Positions 1 through 9,476 of a stretch of DNA of 64,000 bases are shown piece by piece. The notes beneath the pieces are model-generated. The model saw nothing but the letters and a program-made list of their open reading frames with translations. It did not search any database and was not told the origin of the DNA. How positions within the stretch are numbered: the stretch's first letter is position 1; each line of letters opens with the position of its first letter. The DNA comes from Candidatus Latescibacterota bacterium (GTDB taxonomy: Bacteria; Latescibacterota; UBA2968; UBA8231): contig OZ252098.1 of assembly GCA_965248355.1 (NCBI GenBank), forward strand, positions 1,248,001-1,312,000, written 5' to 3'. A program made the translations under genes and the position numbers.

Positions 1-2909
1 TCCTCCTTTCGGGCGCTGGTCTCCGGCGACCGGGGCAGGGCGTCGGCCAGGATTTCGATCCAGTGCCGGGCCTTGCGGCCCGTGGCGTCGGCGATCTGAT
101 GGCGGCATGACATACCGGCTGCCGCGACCTCCGCCTGGGGATCCGCGGCGATCACGTCGAACAAGCGCTCCCGTCCCACCTCCATGGACACCTCGTAGTG
201 CTCCTGCTCGTACCCGAAGCTGCCGGCCATTCCACAGCAACCCGAGGGGATCTCCTCCACCTGGTATCCCGGAGGAGCGGACAGGACCTTCAGGGTGTCC
301 GCGGTGCCGCTCAGCGCCTTCTGATGGCAGTGACCGTGGAGCAGGATGCGCCTGCTCAACCGGGTGAACTCGATCCCGGGTCCCTCGCCCGCCTCCCGTC
401 CGGCAAGGAACTCGTCGAGCAGGAAGAGGTTGTCGGCCACGCGCCGGGCGGTGCCGCCGTCCGCGGCCAGATCCAGGTAATCGTCGCGGTAGGTGGAGGC
501 GCAACTGGGCTCAACGGCGACGATGGGCCAGCCTCGATCGGAATACTCCGCCAGGGCCTGCAGGTTGTCTCCGGCCCTGGCTCTCGCCTCCTTGAGGAAC
601 CCCTTCGAGATCAGCGGCCGGCCACAGCACAGCCTCCGACGCGGCACCACGACATCGAACCCCGCCGACTCGAGCAGGGCCACGGCGGCGCGGCCCACCC
701 CGGGTTCATTGTATTCCGTAAAGGTATCGTTGTAGAACACGACGGTTCCACGCCCCCGGGACGGGGTGCGGGGGCGACGCCGGAACCAGCGGGAGAAGGT
801 GGGGCTCGCCAGGGCCGGCATCCGACGACGGCGGTCGATGCCCAGAAGGCGTTCCATGAGCCAGCGGCTCGGCGCGGCGTGCAGGAAGGGATTGATCAGC
901 CCGGACATGGGGGCCATCCAACGATTGACATGGTCGATGCGGGCGAAGAGGTGCGAACGCAGGGGGTAGCCATGGCGTTTGTGGTACCGGGCGAGGAATT
1001 CGTACTTGAGCTTGGCCATGTCGACGCTCGAGGGACACTCCGACTTGCAGGCCTTGCACTCGAGGCACAGATCCATCACCTCGTACAGATCGTCGCTCTC
1101 CAGGCCACCGGGCAGTCGGCCGCTCAGTGCGGCGCGCAAGGCGTTCGCCCGCCCGCGGGTGCTGTGCTGTTCCTCGAGAGTGGCCATGTAGGAGGGACAC
1201 ATGGTGCCTACGAGCTTCTTGCGGCACTCGCCGACGCCGGAGCACATCTCCACGGCCTGCTGAAATCCGCCGGCCTGGTCGTACCGGAAGTAGGTCTCCT
1301 CGCGCAGCACCGGATAGCCGTCGCCGTAGCGCAGGTTGGCGTCCATGGGCGGAGGGGCCACGATTTTCCCCGGATTCATGACCCCCGACGGGTCAAAGGC
1401 CGCCTTGACCCGGGCAAAGGCCCGGGGCAGGCGGGGTCCGAACATCTTCTCGATCCACTCGCTGCGGGCCAGGCCATCCCCATGCTCGGCGGACATGGCT
1501 CCCCCGTATTCCAGAACCCAGTCGCTCATGCGCTCCTCGAGGGCCCGGAGGGTGGCGATGCCGTCCTTCCCTTTCAGGTCGAGAACCGGGCGGATGTGGA
1601 TGACGCCGACGCTGGCGTGGCCGTAGAAGGTGGTCTGGGCGACGCCTTGCTCGGACATGAGCGATTTCACGCGAGCGATGTACTCCGGCAGATGCTCCAC
1701 CGGCACGCTCGTGTCCTCGACACCGGCCGTCGGCTTGGCGTCACCCTTCAGGCCCATGAGCAGGCCGAGGCCCGCCTTGCGCAGATCCCAGATATCCCTC
1801 TGTTCGCCCGGCGTGAAGGCTTGCACGTAGGCATACCCGAGGCCGGCGCCGCGCAGCCGGCCCTCGAGATCCTCACAGCGGTCCCGAAGTTCCGCCTCGC
1901 TGTCGGCGTAGTACTCCACGCACAGCAGGGCCTCCGGGTCCCCCTGGAGGAAGCCGCGCCGGGACTCGTACGACAGCTGCCCACGGGTCTGGTCCATCAA
2001 CACCCGGTCCATCAGCTCCGACGCCGCCGGAGCCGTAGCCACGGCGTGCAGGTTGGCTTCCATCGCTTCCACCAGATCCTTGAAATGACAGGCCACGACA
2101 GCGGTGTGGCGTGGCCGCTCCACCAGACGGACCTTGGCCTCGACAACGGCGCACAGGGTCCCCTCGGAGCCGACGACGATCTTGCTCAGATCAAAGGGCG
2201 CTTCGGCCGAGGCAAGGGCATCGAGGTTGTATCCGGACACCCGCCGCATCACCTTCGGGAAGCGGCTCTCGATCTCCTCCGCGTAGTCGTCGACCACCCG
2301 CCGCACCTCGCCGTAGGCGCGGCCCTCAATGCCGGGGCGCCGCGTGCGCGCGTCGAATTCAGACGGCGTCACGGGACCGAAGGTGGCCCTTGAGCCGTCG
2401 CTGAGGACGACGCGAAGTTCCAGGACGTGGTCGATCGTACGCCCATGCAGGATGGAGTGGGAACCACAGGAGTTGTTGCCGATCATGCCACCGAGGTTGG
2501 CCCGGCTGCTCGTGGACACATCCGGGCCGAACTGAAGGCCCTGAGCGGCCGCCGCGGCATTCAACTCGTCGAGGACGACCCCGGGCTGGACGCGGGCCCA
2601 CCTCCCCTCGGCATCCACCTCGAGGATGCGATTCATGTACCGGGAAAAATCGATCTGCAGACCTTCACCGACCGTCTGGCCGGCGAGGCTGGTACCACCC
2701 CCCCGGGGCAGGACCGAGACCCCACCCTCGCTGGCGGTGCGAAGCGTGTGGGAGACATCCTCCACCGAGCACGGCAGCACGACACCTGCAGGGGCGATCT
2801 CGTAGATGCTCGCGTCGGTGGCGTACAGAGTCCGGGTCAGGGCATCGAGGCGGACCTCGCCTTCGATACCTGCTTCTATCGCGTCTCCAAGTCCGGCAAA
2901 GTCGTTCAA
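1..2909 (-). CDS. FAD-linked oxidase / Fe-S (GlcD+GlcF-type) fusion oxidoreductase; 3' end lies just outside the window
   Basis: Absent from the ORF track because there is no stop in the window. Manual reverse translation gives a TTG start at 2909 after GAGGTG, then 'EGEVRLDALTRTLYATDASIYEI', 'RGGGTSLAGQ', 'AEHGDG', 'CSGVGECRK...CPSY', 'CLECKACKSECP' and C-terminal 'CRHQIADATG'. Confidence 0.9.
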   Translation of the reverse strand, partial: MNDFAGLGDAIEAGIEGEVRLDALTRTLYATDASIYEIAPAGVVLPCSVEDVSHTLRTASEGGVSVLPRGGGTSLAGQTVGEGLQIDFSRYMNRILEVDAEGRWARVQPGVVLDELNAAAAAQGLQFGPDVSTSSRANLGGMIGNNSCGSHSILHGRTIDHVLELRVVLSDGSRATFGPVTPSEFDARTRRPGIEGRAYGEVRRVVDDYAEEIESRFPKVMRRVSGYNLDALASAEAPFDLSKIVVGSEGTLCAVVEAKVRLVERPRHTAVVACHFKDLVEAMEANLHAVATAPAASELMDRVLMDQTRGQLSYESRRGFLQGDPEALLCVEYYADSEAELRDRCEDLEGRLRGAGLGYAYVQAFTPGEQRDIWDLRKAGLGLLMGLKGDAKPTAGVEDTSVPVEHLPEYIARVKSLMSEQGVAQTTFYGHASVGVIHIRPVLDLKGKDGIATLRALEERMSDWVLEYGGAMSAEHGDGLARSEWIEKMFGPRLPRAFARVKAAFDPSGVMNPGKIVAPPPMDANLRYGDGYPVLREETYFRYDQAGGFQQAVEMCSGVGECRKKLVGTMCPSYMATLEEQHSTRGRANALRAALSGRLPGGLESDDLYEVMDLCLECKACKSECPSSVDMAKLKYEFLARYHKRHGYPLRSHLFARIDHVNRWMAPMSGLINPFLHAAPSRWLMERLLGIDRRRRMPALASPTFSRWFRRRPRTPSRGRGTVVFYNDTFTEYNEPGVGRAAVALLESAGFDVVVPRRRLCCGRPLISKGFLKEARARAGDNLQALAEYSDRGWPIVAVEPSCASTYRDDYLDLAADGGTARRVADNLFLLDEFLAGREAGEGPGIEFTRLSRRILLHGHCHQKALSGTADTLKVLSAPPGYQVEEIPSGCCGMAGSFGYEQEHYEVSMEVGRERLFDVIAADPQAEVAAAGMSCRHQIADATGRKARHWIEILADALPRSPETSARKE

Positions 2910-3005
2910 GAAAACAGCACCTCAGGCGCGCGGCTGGGGTTGGGGATCAGCCGGGGGGCGACTCTTGGACAGCCCAAAAAACCGCCGGAAAGCGCAATAT
3001 AAAGG

Positions 3006-3034
3006 TTGACATCTGGTGAATACCCCCATATCTT
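3006..3034 (+). promoter_or_regulatory. sigma70-type promoter upstream of the zapA leader
   Basis: TTGACA-17 nt-TATCTT in an AT-rich intergenic patch. Confidence 0.8.
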
Positions 3035-3040
3035 GTGCAC

Positions 3041-3120
3041 TAGCGCGTGGTAATGCGCGCAGTAGAGGGGGCTTCCGGGAGTAAGGGGAGATCGCGGAAG
3101 TCCCCCATTTTATTTCTCCT
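3041..3120 (+). ncRNA. candidate structured leader or small RNA (two hairpins, U-rich tract, possible pseudoknot)
   Basis: GCGCGT/GCGCGC stem at 3043-3060; 11-bp stem 3067-3077/3095-3105 followed by ATTTTATTT; loop 3084-3092 is complementary to 3112-3120. Confidence 0.4.
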
Positions 3121-3145
3121 CCTGAGTGTGGAACCGTTACGACGT

Positions 3146-3487
3146 ATGTCCCAGAAGGAAAGTACGATCGTGACGATTTTCGGGCATCAGTACCGCATCG
3201 CCGCAGACGCGGCCGACGCGAGGCATGTGGAGGTCGTGGCGGCCCTTCTGGACAGCCGCATGCGCCGGATCGCCACCTCGACCCGGAGGAGGGTCGCCCT
3301 CGAAATCGCCATCCAGGCGGCCATGGAGCTCGCTGACGAGGTGCTGAAAGCGCGGGACAAGCGGGACCAACTGTTGACGGGTGCGGATGAGCATCTCAGC
3401 CGCTTCACCCGCAAGCTCGAGGACGGCGCCTCCACCTCGGATCTGCTGACCGGCGGTGACGACTCGGCGTCCGCGCCACGCTTCTAG
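3146..3487 (+). CDS. zapA: cell division protein ZapA
   Basis: 'VTIFGHQYRI...VAALLDSRMRRI...IAIQAAMELADE' followed by a coiled coil; start trimmed to ATG 3146. Confidence 0.85.
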   Translation: MSQKESTIVTIFGHQYRIAADAADARHVEVVAALLDSRMRRIATSTRRRVALEIAIQAAMELADEVLKARDKRDQLLTGADEHLSRFTRKLEDGASTSDLLTGGDDSASAPRF

Positions 3488-3522
3488 AGGACCGAGCCCG
3501 CCAATCAGGCCCCCGGCCGGCC

Positions 3523-3558
3523 ACGTCTCCCGGCTCGCTTCGGCGAACCGGGAGACGT
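3523..3558. terminator. strong hairpin between convergent zapA and infC
   Basis: ACGTCTCCCGG-C-TCGC(TTCG)GCGA-A-CCGGGAGACGT with a C(UUCG)G tetraloop; no U tract. Confidence 0.6.
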
Positions 3559-3582
3559 CTGTGCCGCCGCCTTCAAACCGAT

Positions 3583-4101
3583 TCAGGTCGGGTGAAGGAT
3601 CATGGACATCTCCCGGCCTTCCATCTGCGGCAACTGGTCGACGGCGGCGACATCCTCCATCTTCTTCGCCACGTCTTCCATCACCTCTCGGCCGCGGTCC
3701 CGGTAAGCCATCATGCGTCCCAGGAATCGCATGCTGACCTTCACTCGATATCCGTGGCCGATGAACTCCCGGATGTGTCCGAGGCGGTACTGCAGATCGT
3801 GCTCGGAGATATACATCTTGATGCGCACGGTCTTCATCTGCACGTTGTGCTGCTTCTTGCGCGCCTCCTTGGCCTTCTTCTCCTTGTCGTACCGATACTT
3901 CCCGTAATCCATGATGCGACAGACCGGCGGGCGCGCCTCCGGTGCGACTTCCACCAGATCGAGATCGACCTGTTCGGCCATCTCCATGGCCTGGACAGTG
4001 TCGATGACGCCGACCTGCTCTCCGTCGGCGCCGATGAGGCGAACTTGGGGGACCCGGATGGAGTCGTTGATTCTGGTGAAGGACTGTTGCTGTCTGGCGA
4101 T
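3583..4101 (-). CDS. infC: translation initiation factor IF-3 (AUC start codon)
   Basis: 'RINDSIRVPQVRLIG...DLVEVAPEARPPVCRIMDYGKYRY'; GGAGG lies 8 nt before an in-frame ATC at 4101; no nearby ATG/GTG. Confidence 0.95.
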   Translation of the reverse strand: MARQQQSFTRINDSIRVPQVRLIGADGEQVGVIDTVQAMEMAEQVDLDLVEVAPEARPPVCRIMDYGKYRYDKEKKAKEARKKQHNVQMKTVRIKMYISEHDLQYRLGHIREFIGHGYRVKVSMRFLGRMMAYRDRGREVMEDVAKKMEDVAAVDQLPQMEGREMSMILHPT

Positions 4102-4142
4102 GGGCGTTGCCTCCGAAGGGGGTCTTGGATACACCTGTACAG

Positions 4143-4172
4143 AATATAACCGCGCGAGATGGGGCTTAGCAA
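4143..4172 (-). promoter_or_regulatory. putative infC promoter
   Basis: TTGCTA-18 nt-TATATT on the minus strand. Confidence 0.55.
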
Positions 4173-4278
4173 CATGCACGCCCCGCCCGCCGGCACCCGC
4201 GCCGAACACAGGCGCCCGTCCCGCCCGGACCTGTCTCGACGACGACAGGCGGCCAGGCTCAGAACTGGGAGGATGAGA

Positions 4279-5310
4279 ATGCCCCGGTACGACGTCTACG
4301 GAATCGGCCATGCCCTGGTGGACCTGCAGTTCTCCGTCGGGGACGCCCTGCTGCGCGAACTCGGAGTCAGCAAGGGCGTCATGACCCTCGTCGATGAGAC
4401 CCGCCGCCGAGAGGTAATCGACAGGGTCGCCGCCGATCCCGTGAACCGAGCCTCGGGCGGCTCCGCCGCCAACACGGTGATCACTGTGGCCCGGTTCGGC
4501 GGACGGGCCTGCTACGCCTTCCAGGTGGGAGAGGACCACTGGGGCCACTTCTACCGACGCGACCTGTCCGCCGCGGGCGTCGACAGCAGTCCCGCCTGCC
4601 AGGTTCAGGGCGAGACGGGCCAGTGCCTGGTGATGGTCACGCCCGATGCCGAGCGCACAATGCAGACCTTCCTCGGCGCCAGTGGCACCATGGGACCGCA
4701 CCAAGTCGACGCCGACGGCATCGCCGCCTGTCGCTTCGCCTACCTCGAGGGTTATCTGCTGACCACGGAGGCGGGTTTCCGGGCCTGCCGCCTGGCATCC
4801 ACCATCGCTCGAGACCGGGCGGTCGATGTCTCGCTGACCCTGAGCGATCCCTCTGTAGTCGAGTCCTTTCGGGACCGGTTCGAGGAGCTTGCCGATGGCG
4901 TGGATCTCCTGTTTTGCAACGAGGAAGAGGCCACCGTGTTCACCGGCATCGACTTCCGCGAAGAGGCTGCCCGGCGGCTCTCGGACCGGGTCGGCCGCGT
5001 CTGCGTAACGCTGGGCCCCGAGGGAGCCCTGACCGCAGAAGGAGGTTCCTCAGCTCGTCTGGTGCCGGGCGTGGAGACCACGGCCGTGGACACCACCGGG
5101 GCCGGTGACACCTTTGCCGGCGGCGTCGTGTACGGGTTGTCCCGCGGCCTCTCGCTCGAAAAAGCGGCGAAGCTCGGAAATTACGCAGCCGCCGCCGTGG
5201 TCTCGGTCTTCGGGCCACGCCTGAAGGCCGACATCGGTCCTCTCGTAGAGGAGATCCTCCAGGACCGGGCCCCGGCCCCCACCCTGATCGCCCGAGGAGA
5301 GACCGGATGA
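4279..5310 (+). CDS. PfkB-family carbohydrate/adenosine kinase
   Basis: 'SGGSAANT', 'FCNEEEA', 'DTTGAGDTFAGG'; GGGAGG before ATG 4279. Confidence 0.9.
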   Translation: MPRYDVYGIGHALVDLQFSVGDALLRELGVSKGVMTLVDETRRREVIDRVAADPVNRASGGSAANTVITVARFGGRACYAFQVGEDHWGHFYRRDLSAAGVDSSPACQVQGETGQCLVMVTPDAERTMQTFLGASGTMGPHQVDADGIAACRFAYLEGYLLTTEAGFRACRLASTIARDRAVDVSLTLSDPSVVESFRDRFEELADGVDLLFCNEEEATVFTGIDFREEAARRLSDRVGRVCVTLGPEGALTAEGGSSARLVPGVETTAVDTTGAGDTFAGGVVYGLSRGLSLEKAAKLGNYAAAAVVSVFGPRLKADIGPLVEEILQDRAPAPTLIARGETG

Positions 5311-6263
5311 GGATCCTCGTATTCTTTGACTTCACCGATGAGCAGATCGAGGAGTTGGTTCAGCTGGTCCGGCGCCACGGAGACCACGAGGTCGTGCTCG
5401 CCAGGGAGACGGAGGAGGCGGTGAACCTGTCGCCCAGCGCCGAGGTCCTCCTCGGCCACTTCCCCGAATCCGTGGTCACCGCGGCACCCAGGCTGCGCTG
5501 GATCCAGTCCATCAGCGCGGGCATGGACGGTTTCCTCCATCCGGCGGTGGTGGAACGCGAGGAGGTAGTGGTCACGAACATGGCCGGGCTGTACGCACCT
5601 CAGGGCGGAGAGCATGCCTGGGCGCTGCTGCTGGCTCTCACCCGTGGGCTGGTGCCGTCATTGCGGAGCATGGCCGAACGCCAATGGCGCGGTGGTGTGA
5701 CCGTCGAGCTCGCCGGGGGGACCCTGGGGCTGATCGGCCTCGGCGGCTTCGGACTGGAGACCGCGAAGCGAGCCGCCGGCTACGACATGAGGCTGCTAGC
5801 CCTGGACCCCGTCCGCCTCGATCCACCGGAAGGCGTCTACGAAGTGCGCCCTCCCACGCGGGAAAACCTGCACTGGCTGATGTCCGAGTCGGACGCGGTA
5901 GTCGTCTGCTGTCCCCTGACCGACGAGACGAGGCACATGATCGGCCCCGGGGAGCTCGCGGCGATGAAGCCCTCCGCCTACCTCGTCTGTGTCAGTCGCG
6001 GCGGCATCATCGACGAAGATGCCCTCTTCGAGGCCCTGCGGTCGAAGAGGCTGGCCGGAGCCGGCCTCGACGTCTGCGAGATCGAGCCCCTTCCGGGAGA
6101 CAGCCCCCTGTGGGAAGCGCCGAACCTAGTCCTGACCCCGCATTGTGCCGGTGCTTCCCAGCACCGTTCCCGCAAGACTTTCGAGTTTCTCCGCGACAAC
6201 CTCGAACGCTACCTGCGGGGAGAGCCGCTGGTCAACGTCGTGGACAAGGGCAAGGGCTACTAG
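5307..6263 (+). CDS. D-2-hydroxyacid dehydrogenase
   Basis: 'GLIGLGGFG', 'SRGGIIDE', 'LDVCEIEPLP', 'LTPHCAG'; ATGA overlap with the pfkB gene. Confidence 0.9.
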   Translation: MRILVFFDFTDEQIEELVQLVRRHGDHEVVLARETEEAVNLSPSAEVLLGHFPESVVTAAPRLRWIQSISAGMDGFLHPAVVEREEVVVTNMAGLYAPQGGEHAWALLLALTRGLVPSLRSMAERQWRGGVTVELAGGTLGLIGLGGFGLETAKRAAGYDMRLLALDPVRLDPPEGVYEVRPPTRENLHWLMSESDAVVVCCPLTDETRHMIGPGELAAMKPSAYLVCVSRGGIIDEDALFEALRSKRLAGAGLDVCEIEPLPGDSPLWEAPNLVLTPHCAGASQHRSRKTFEFLRDNLERYLRGEPLVNVVDKGKGY

Positions 6264-6336
6264 CGGCCTGGATCTCCCTTCCATGTGCGTTTGGCCGACG
6301 CGGATGGACGGTGATCCGCGGAGTTCCCTATCCCCC

Positions 6337-7143
6337 TCAGCAGCCGATGGAGCGGACATACTCACGCATGGCGGCGCTGCGCCGGCTCTCGCTGACCGCG
6401 TCCTCGCCTTCGTAGGCCGGCTCCCCGGGGCAGCAGGTCACGACGCGGTCGTAGCCGATCTCGCCGAGGGCTCGCATCACCGCGGGAAAATCGACTCCCT
6501 GCGCCTCTCCCACCGAGACCCATTTAGGATGGTAGCGCCCATCCTCGTCCCGTGTACAGGAGGAATAGTCCTGGAGATGGACGTAGTTGAGCTGGGAACG
6601 GAAATCGCGTAACGATTGGACCGGATCGTACCCCCACAGCCTGGCGTGAGAGACGTCGATGCAAAGACGGGCCTTCTTCAGGCAGCTCATGTACAGCTTC
6701 CAGTGCTCGATGGAATCGACCAGGCAATTGGTGTGGATGTGGTAGCTGACTTCGAGGCCGAGGCCTTCCGCGTATTCCGCCCAGGCGTCGGCCCCTTCAG
6801 CGGCGGCCCTCACGTCGTCGTCCTCGACCCTCCGGCCTTCCGGCTTGCCCCCGTTCATGAACATGAAACAGTCGGCGCCCATCTCGGCGGCGAACTCCAT
6901 CCGCCGGCGGTTGCGCTCCACCGTCTCCCAGTCGCGGTGGTCCGGGGTCCCGGCCGCGGCATACACGGCCATGGGCATGCCGGCCTCCTCGCACACTCGC
7001 CGCAGATGGCTGGGCGGCCCCAGCCAGTCGAGAGGCAGTCGCGCCTCCCACCCATCCCAGCCGGCCTCCTTCAAGGCCGCCAGGGCGGCCGGCAGATCCG
7101 GATTGCGCCAGCGCAACGTGCTGTAGCAGATACTCAACTTCAT
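6337..7143 (-). CDS. sugar phosphate isomerase/epimerase (AP-endonuclease-2 TIM barrel, IolE-like)
   Basis: 'GWDGWE', 'YHIH', 'LCIDVSH', 'YVHLQD', 'VDFPAVMRALGEIGY'. Confidence 0.75.
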   Translation of the reverse strand: MKLSICYSTLRWRNPDLPAALAALKEAGWDGWEARLPLDWLGPPSHLRRVCEEAGMPMAVYAAAGTPDHRDWETVERNRRRMEFAAEMGADCFMFMNGGKPEGRRVEDDDVRAAAEGADAWAEYAEGLGLEVSYHIHTNCLVDSIEHWKLYMSCLKKARLCIDVSHARLWGYDPVQSLRDFRSQLNYVHLQDYSSCTRDEDGRYHPKWVSVGEAQGVDFPAVMRALGEIGYDRVVTCCPGEPAYEGEDAVSESRRSAAMREYVRSIGC

Positions 7144-7199
7144 CCAGGTTCTCCCCTTGTCTTCATCTCGGAAACCATGGCTGCGGAGTGGCGGCGAGC

Positions 7200-9418
7200 A
7201 TGACGCAAGCCACCCGGACGGACGGCGCGAGCTTGACGCGCGGCGAGGCGGGCCGAGCCCAGCAGGCGTTCATCACCACCAGCGGACTCTGGGGGGTCTG
7301 GAGCCAATCCGTCGGGATCGGCACTGCCGTGTTCACCGGCTACGCCCTCCACCTCGGCGCCGACGCCCCCTACATCTCCCTCTTCACGGCCGTGGCCTAT
7401 CTGCTGGCCACGGTGCAGCTTCTCATGCCCGTTCTGGGCCGCTACCTGAGGCGGAAGCGCACCATCATCTCCGTGGGCATGGTGGAAATCGCGCTGCGGA
7501 GTTCCCCGCCGCTGGTTCCGCTGCTGTTCGCCCCGCGACTGCAACTCGAGGCGCTGATGGTCCTGGTGGGCCTCGGCCTGCTGTGCGGGTACTCCCTGTC
7601 CCCATTCTACAACACCTGGGTGGCCAGCGCCGTGCCCGGGAACATACGGGCGCGGTTCACCAGTCGCCAGACGATCGTGAGCACCCTCGTGGCCATGCTC
7701 GCCGGCATCGGCATCGGCCTGTTCATCGACGCCTTCGAGGGGGGCGACAAGCAGATCGGTTTCGACATCGTCTTCTCCGTCGGCGCGATCTTCGGCTGCC
7801 TCGGGTATGCCCGGCTGAGTCGAGCCCCGTACACGGATGGAACCGACGAAGGCGAGAGGGTCGACGAAGGGGACGGTATGGCCCGCCTGGCCGAGCCCTT
7901 CCGGGATGGGAACTTCCTCCGGGCGGTGCTGTTCTTCGGATTCTGGACTTTCGGCCTGGGTTTCGGCAGCAAGCCGGTACTGCAGATCCTCATCCTTCCC
8001 GCGACCTTCCTGCCCGTGCTGTGGGTATGCAACGCTCCGGGGGCCCACACCCTGGTCCCGGTGGCCCTGGCGCTCTCCGGCGTCCTGTTCTCCGGGATCA
8101 TGGTCGCCGTGACGCCCCTGCTCTACGGGCTGGCGCCGGCCCGGCGGCCCACGCCCCTATTACCTGGCCTCCTGGTCGGCCACGGTGAACCTGATGGGCT
8201 TTCTCGGCGCCCTCGCCGGAGGAGTCCTGGTGCACGCCCTGCGCGACGTGAGCTTCCACATCGAGGGCTTCCGCTTCGGACACCTGCAGATCATCATCCT
8301 GCTGAGCGCCGTGGCCCGAATCCCGTCGATCCTGCTGCTCGGATTCGTCTCCGACCGCAACTCCATCTCCTCCCGTCACCTCCTGTCGCACCTGTTCCGC
8401 GGCAACCTGCTCAGCTACACCTTCAACACCGCCGTCTACACCATGGCCCGGCAGGAGCAACTCCGGGCGCGGGCGGCTCTCGCCCTGGGACGCTCCGGAA
8501 GTCCGCTGGCGATCGAGCAGCTGATGCAGGCTCTGGCCGACGCCAGCCCCGTCGTGCGCCGCAGCGCCGCCCGCGCCCTCGGCGAGACCGGCTCCGCGGA
8601 GGCCACCGATTCCCTGGTCATCGAGCTCCTCGACGGCGAGTCCGACATCCGTTCGGAGGCGGCCGAGGCCCTGGGACGGCTCGGCCACGAGGGCGGCATC
8701 GACCCGCTGCTCGAGGCCCTCGAGGACGGAGATCCCCGGGTGCGGATCAGCGCCATTCGCGGCCTGAGCGAAATCGGCGGCGACGAGGCGCGAGAGCTCT
8801 TGTTCTGGCACTTCGGCGAGCATCTGGACGACCCGGTCGCCTTCCCCACCCTCGTGGACGTCCTCAGCCACATGGGCGACCACCGTGTCGTCCGCCCGAC
8901 CCTGCAGCGGCTCGACCGCTTCCGCTCCGCGGCGGTGCGCCTCCAGCTTCTCAACAGCGTCTGCCACGCCCTCGGTGCCGGCGGCGAATTCTACCGCCTC
9001 CTGTCCCGGGAAGAGTCCCAGCGGACACCAGCCCTCGCCCGGCGGCTGCGTCGAGTCTTCAACTCCCTCGCCTGGCAGCCCCGTCCTCGAGGCCAAGGTG
9101 CGCGAGCGGACTCGCAGGGCCATCCAGGACATGTTCAGAGCCCTCGACACCGAGGATCTGGACCGCATGGAGGAATCGGCCCGCCAGGTGGCCGGGATGG
9201 TCCGGGACGGCCTGTCGGCCACCGGACGACCACCCTACCAGGTCTTGTCCGTCTACCTCGTGATCCTCGCCCTGGAGACCTTCCTGACCAGCCCGGGACG
9301 CTACGATCTGCGGGCCGCACGGGAGATCTTCGTCGTCGTCTGTCTGGGGCGCATTGGCGGGATCCTTCGGAGCCTGGATGCGCCGCTATCGTCGGGACGG
9401 CCGGATCAGGGGGGCTGA
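7200..9418 (+). pseudogene. MFS transporter fused to C-terminal HEAT repeats; two frameshifts and a probable in-frame deletion (or assembly errors)
   Basis: MFS helices run in the frame of 7188 to about 8150. TM11-12 and HEAT repeats ('VRRSAARALG', 'IRSEAAEALG', 'VRISAIRGL') follow in the frame of 8185 to 9072, and the tail is in the frame ending at 9418. TM8 appears absent near 7961. Confidence 0.7.
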
Positions 9419-9476
9419 ACCCCTCCGCCTGGTCGCCGGCGGCCAGGGGCACGGTCCCGTAGTTCGGGTGGGGCCG

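Noticed and set aside
198..3002. Long + strand ORFs 198-2393 and 2427-3002
   Set aside because: Antisense shadows of the minus-strand FAD/Fe-S oxidoreductase; no motifs of their own
3488..3582. 6S RNA expected downstream of zapA
   Set aside because: Only about 95 nt available, containing one 36-nt hairpin; too short for the ~180-nt 6S rod
8130..9080. Programmed frameshifting in the MFS-HEAT gene
   Set aside because: No slippery heptamer or long homopolymer at either shift; decay or sequencing error is simpler
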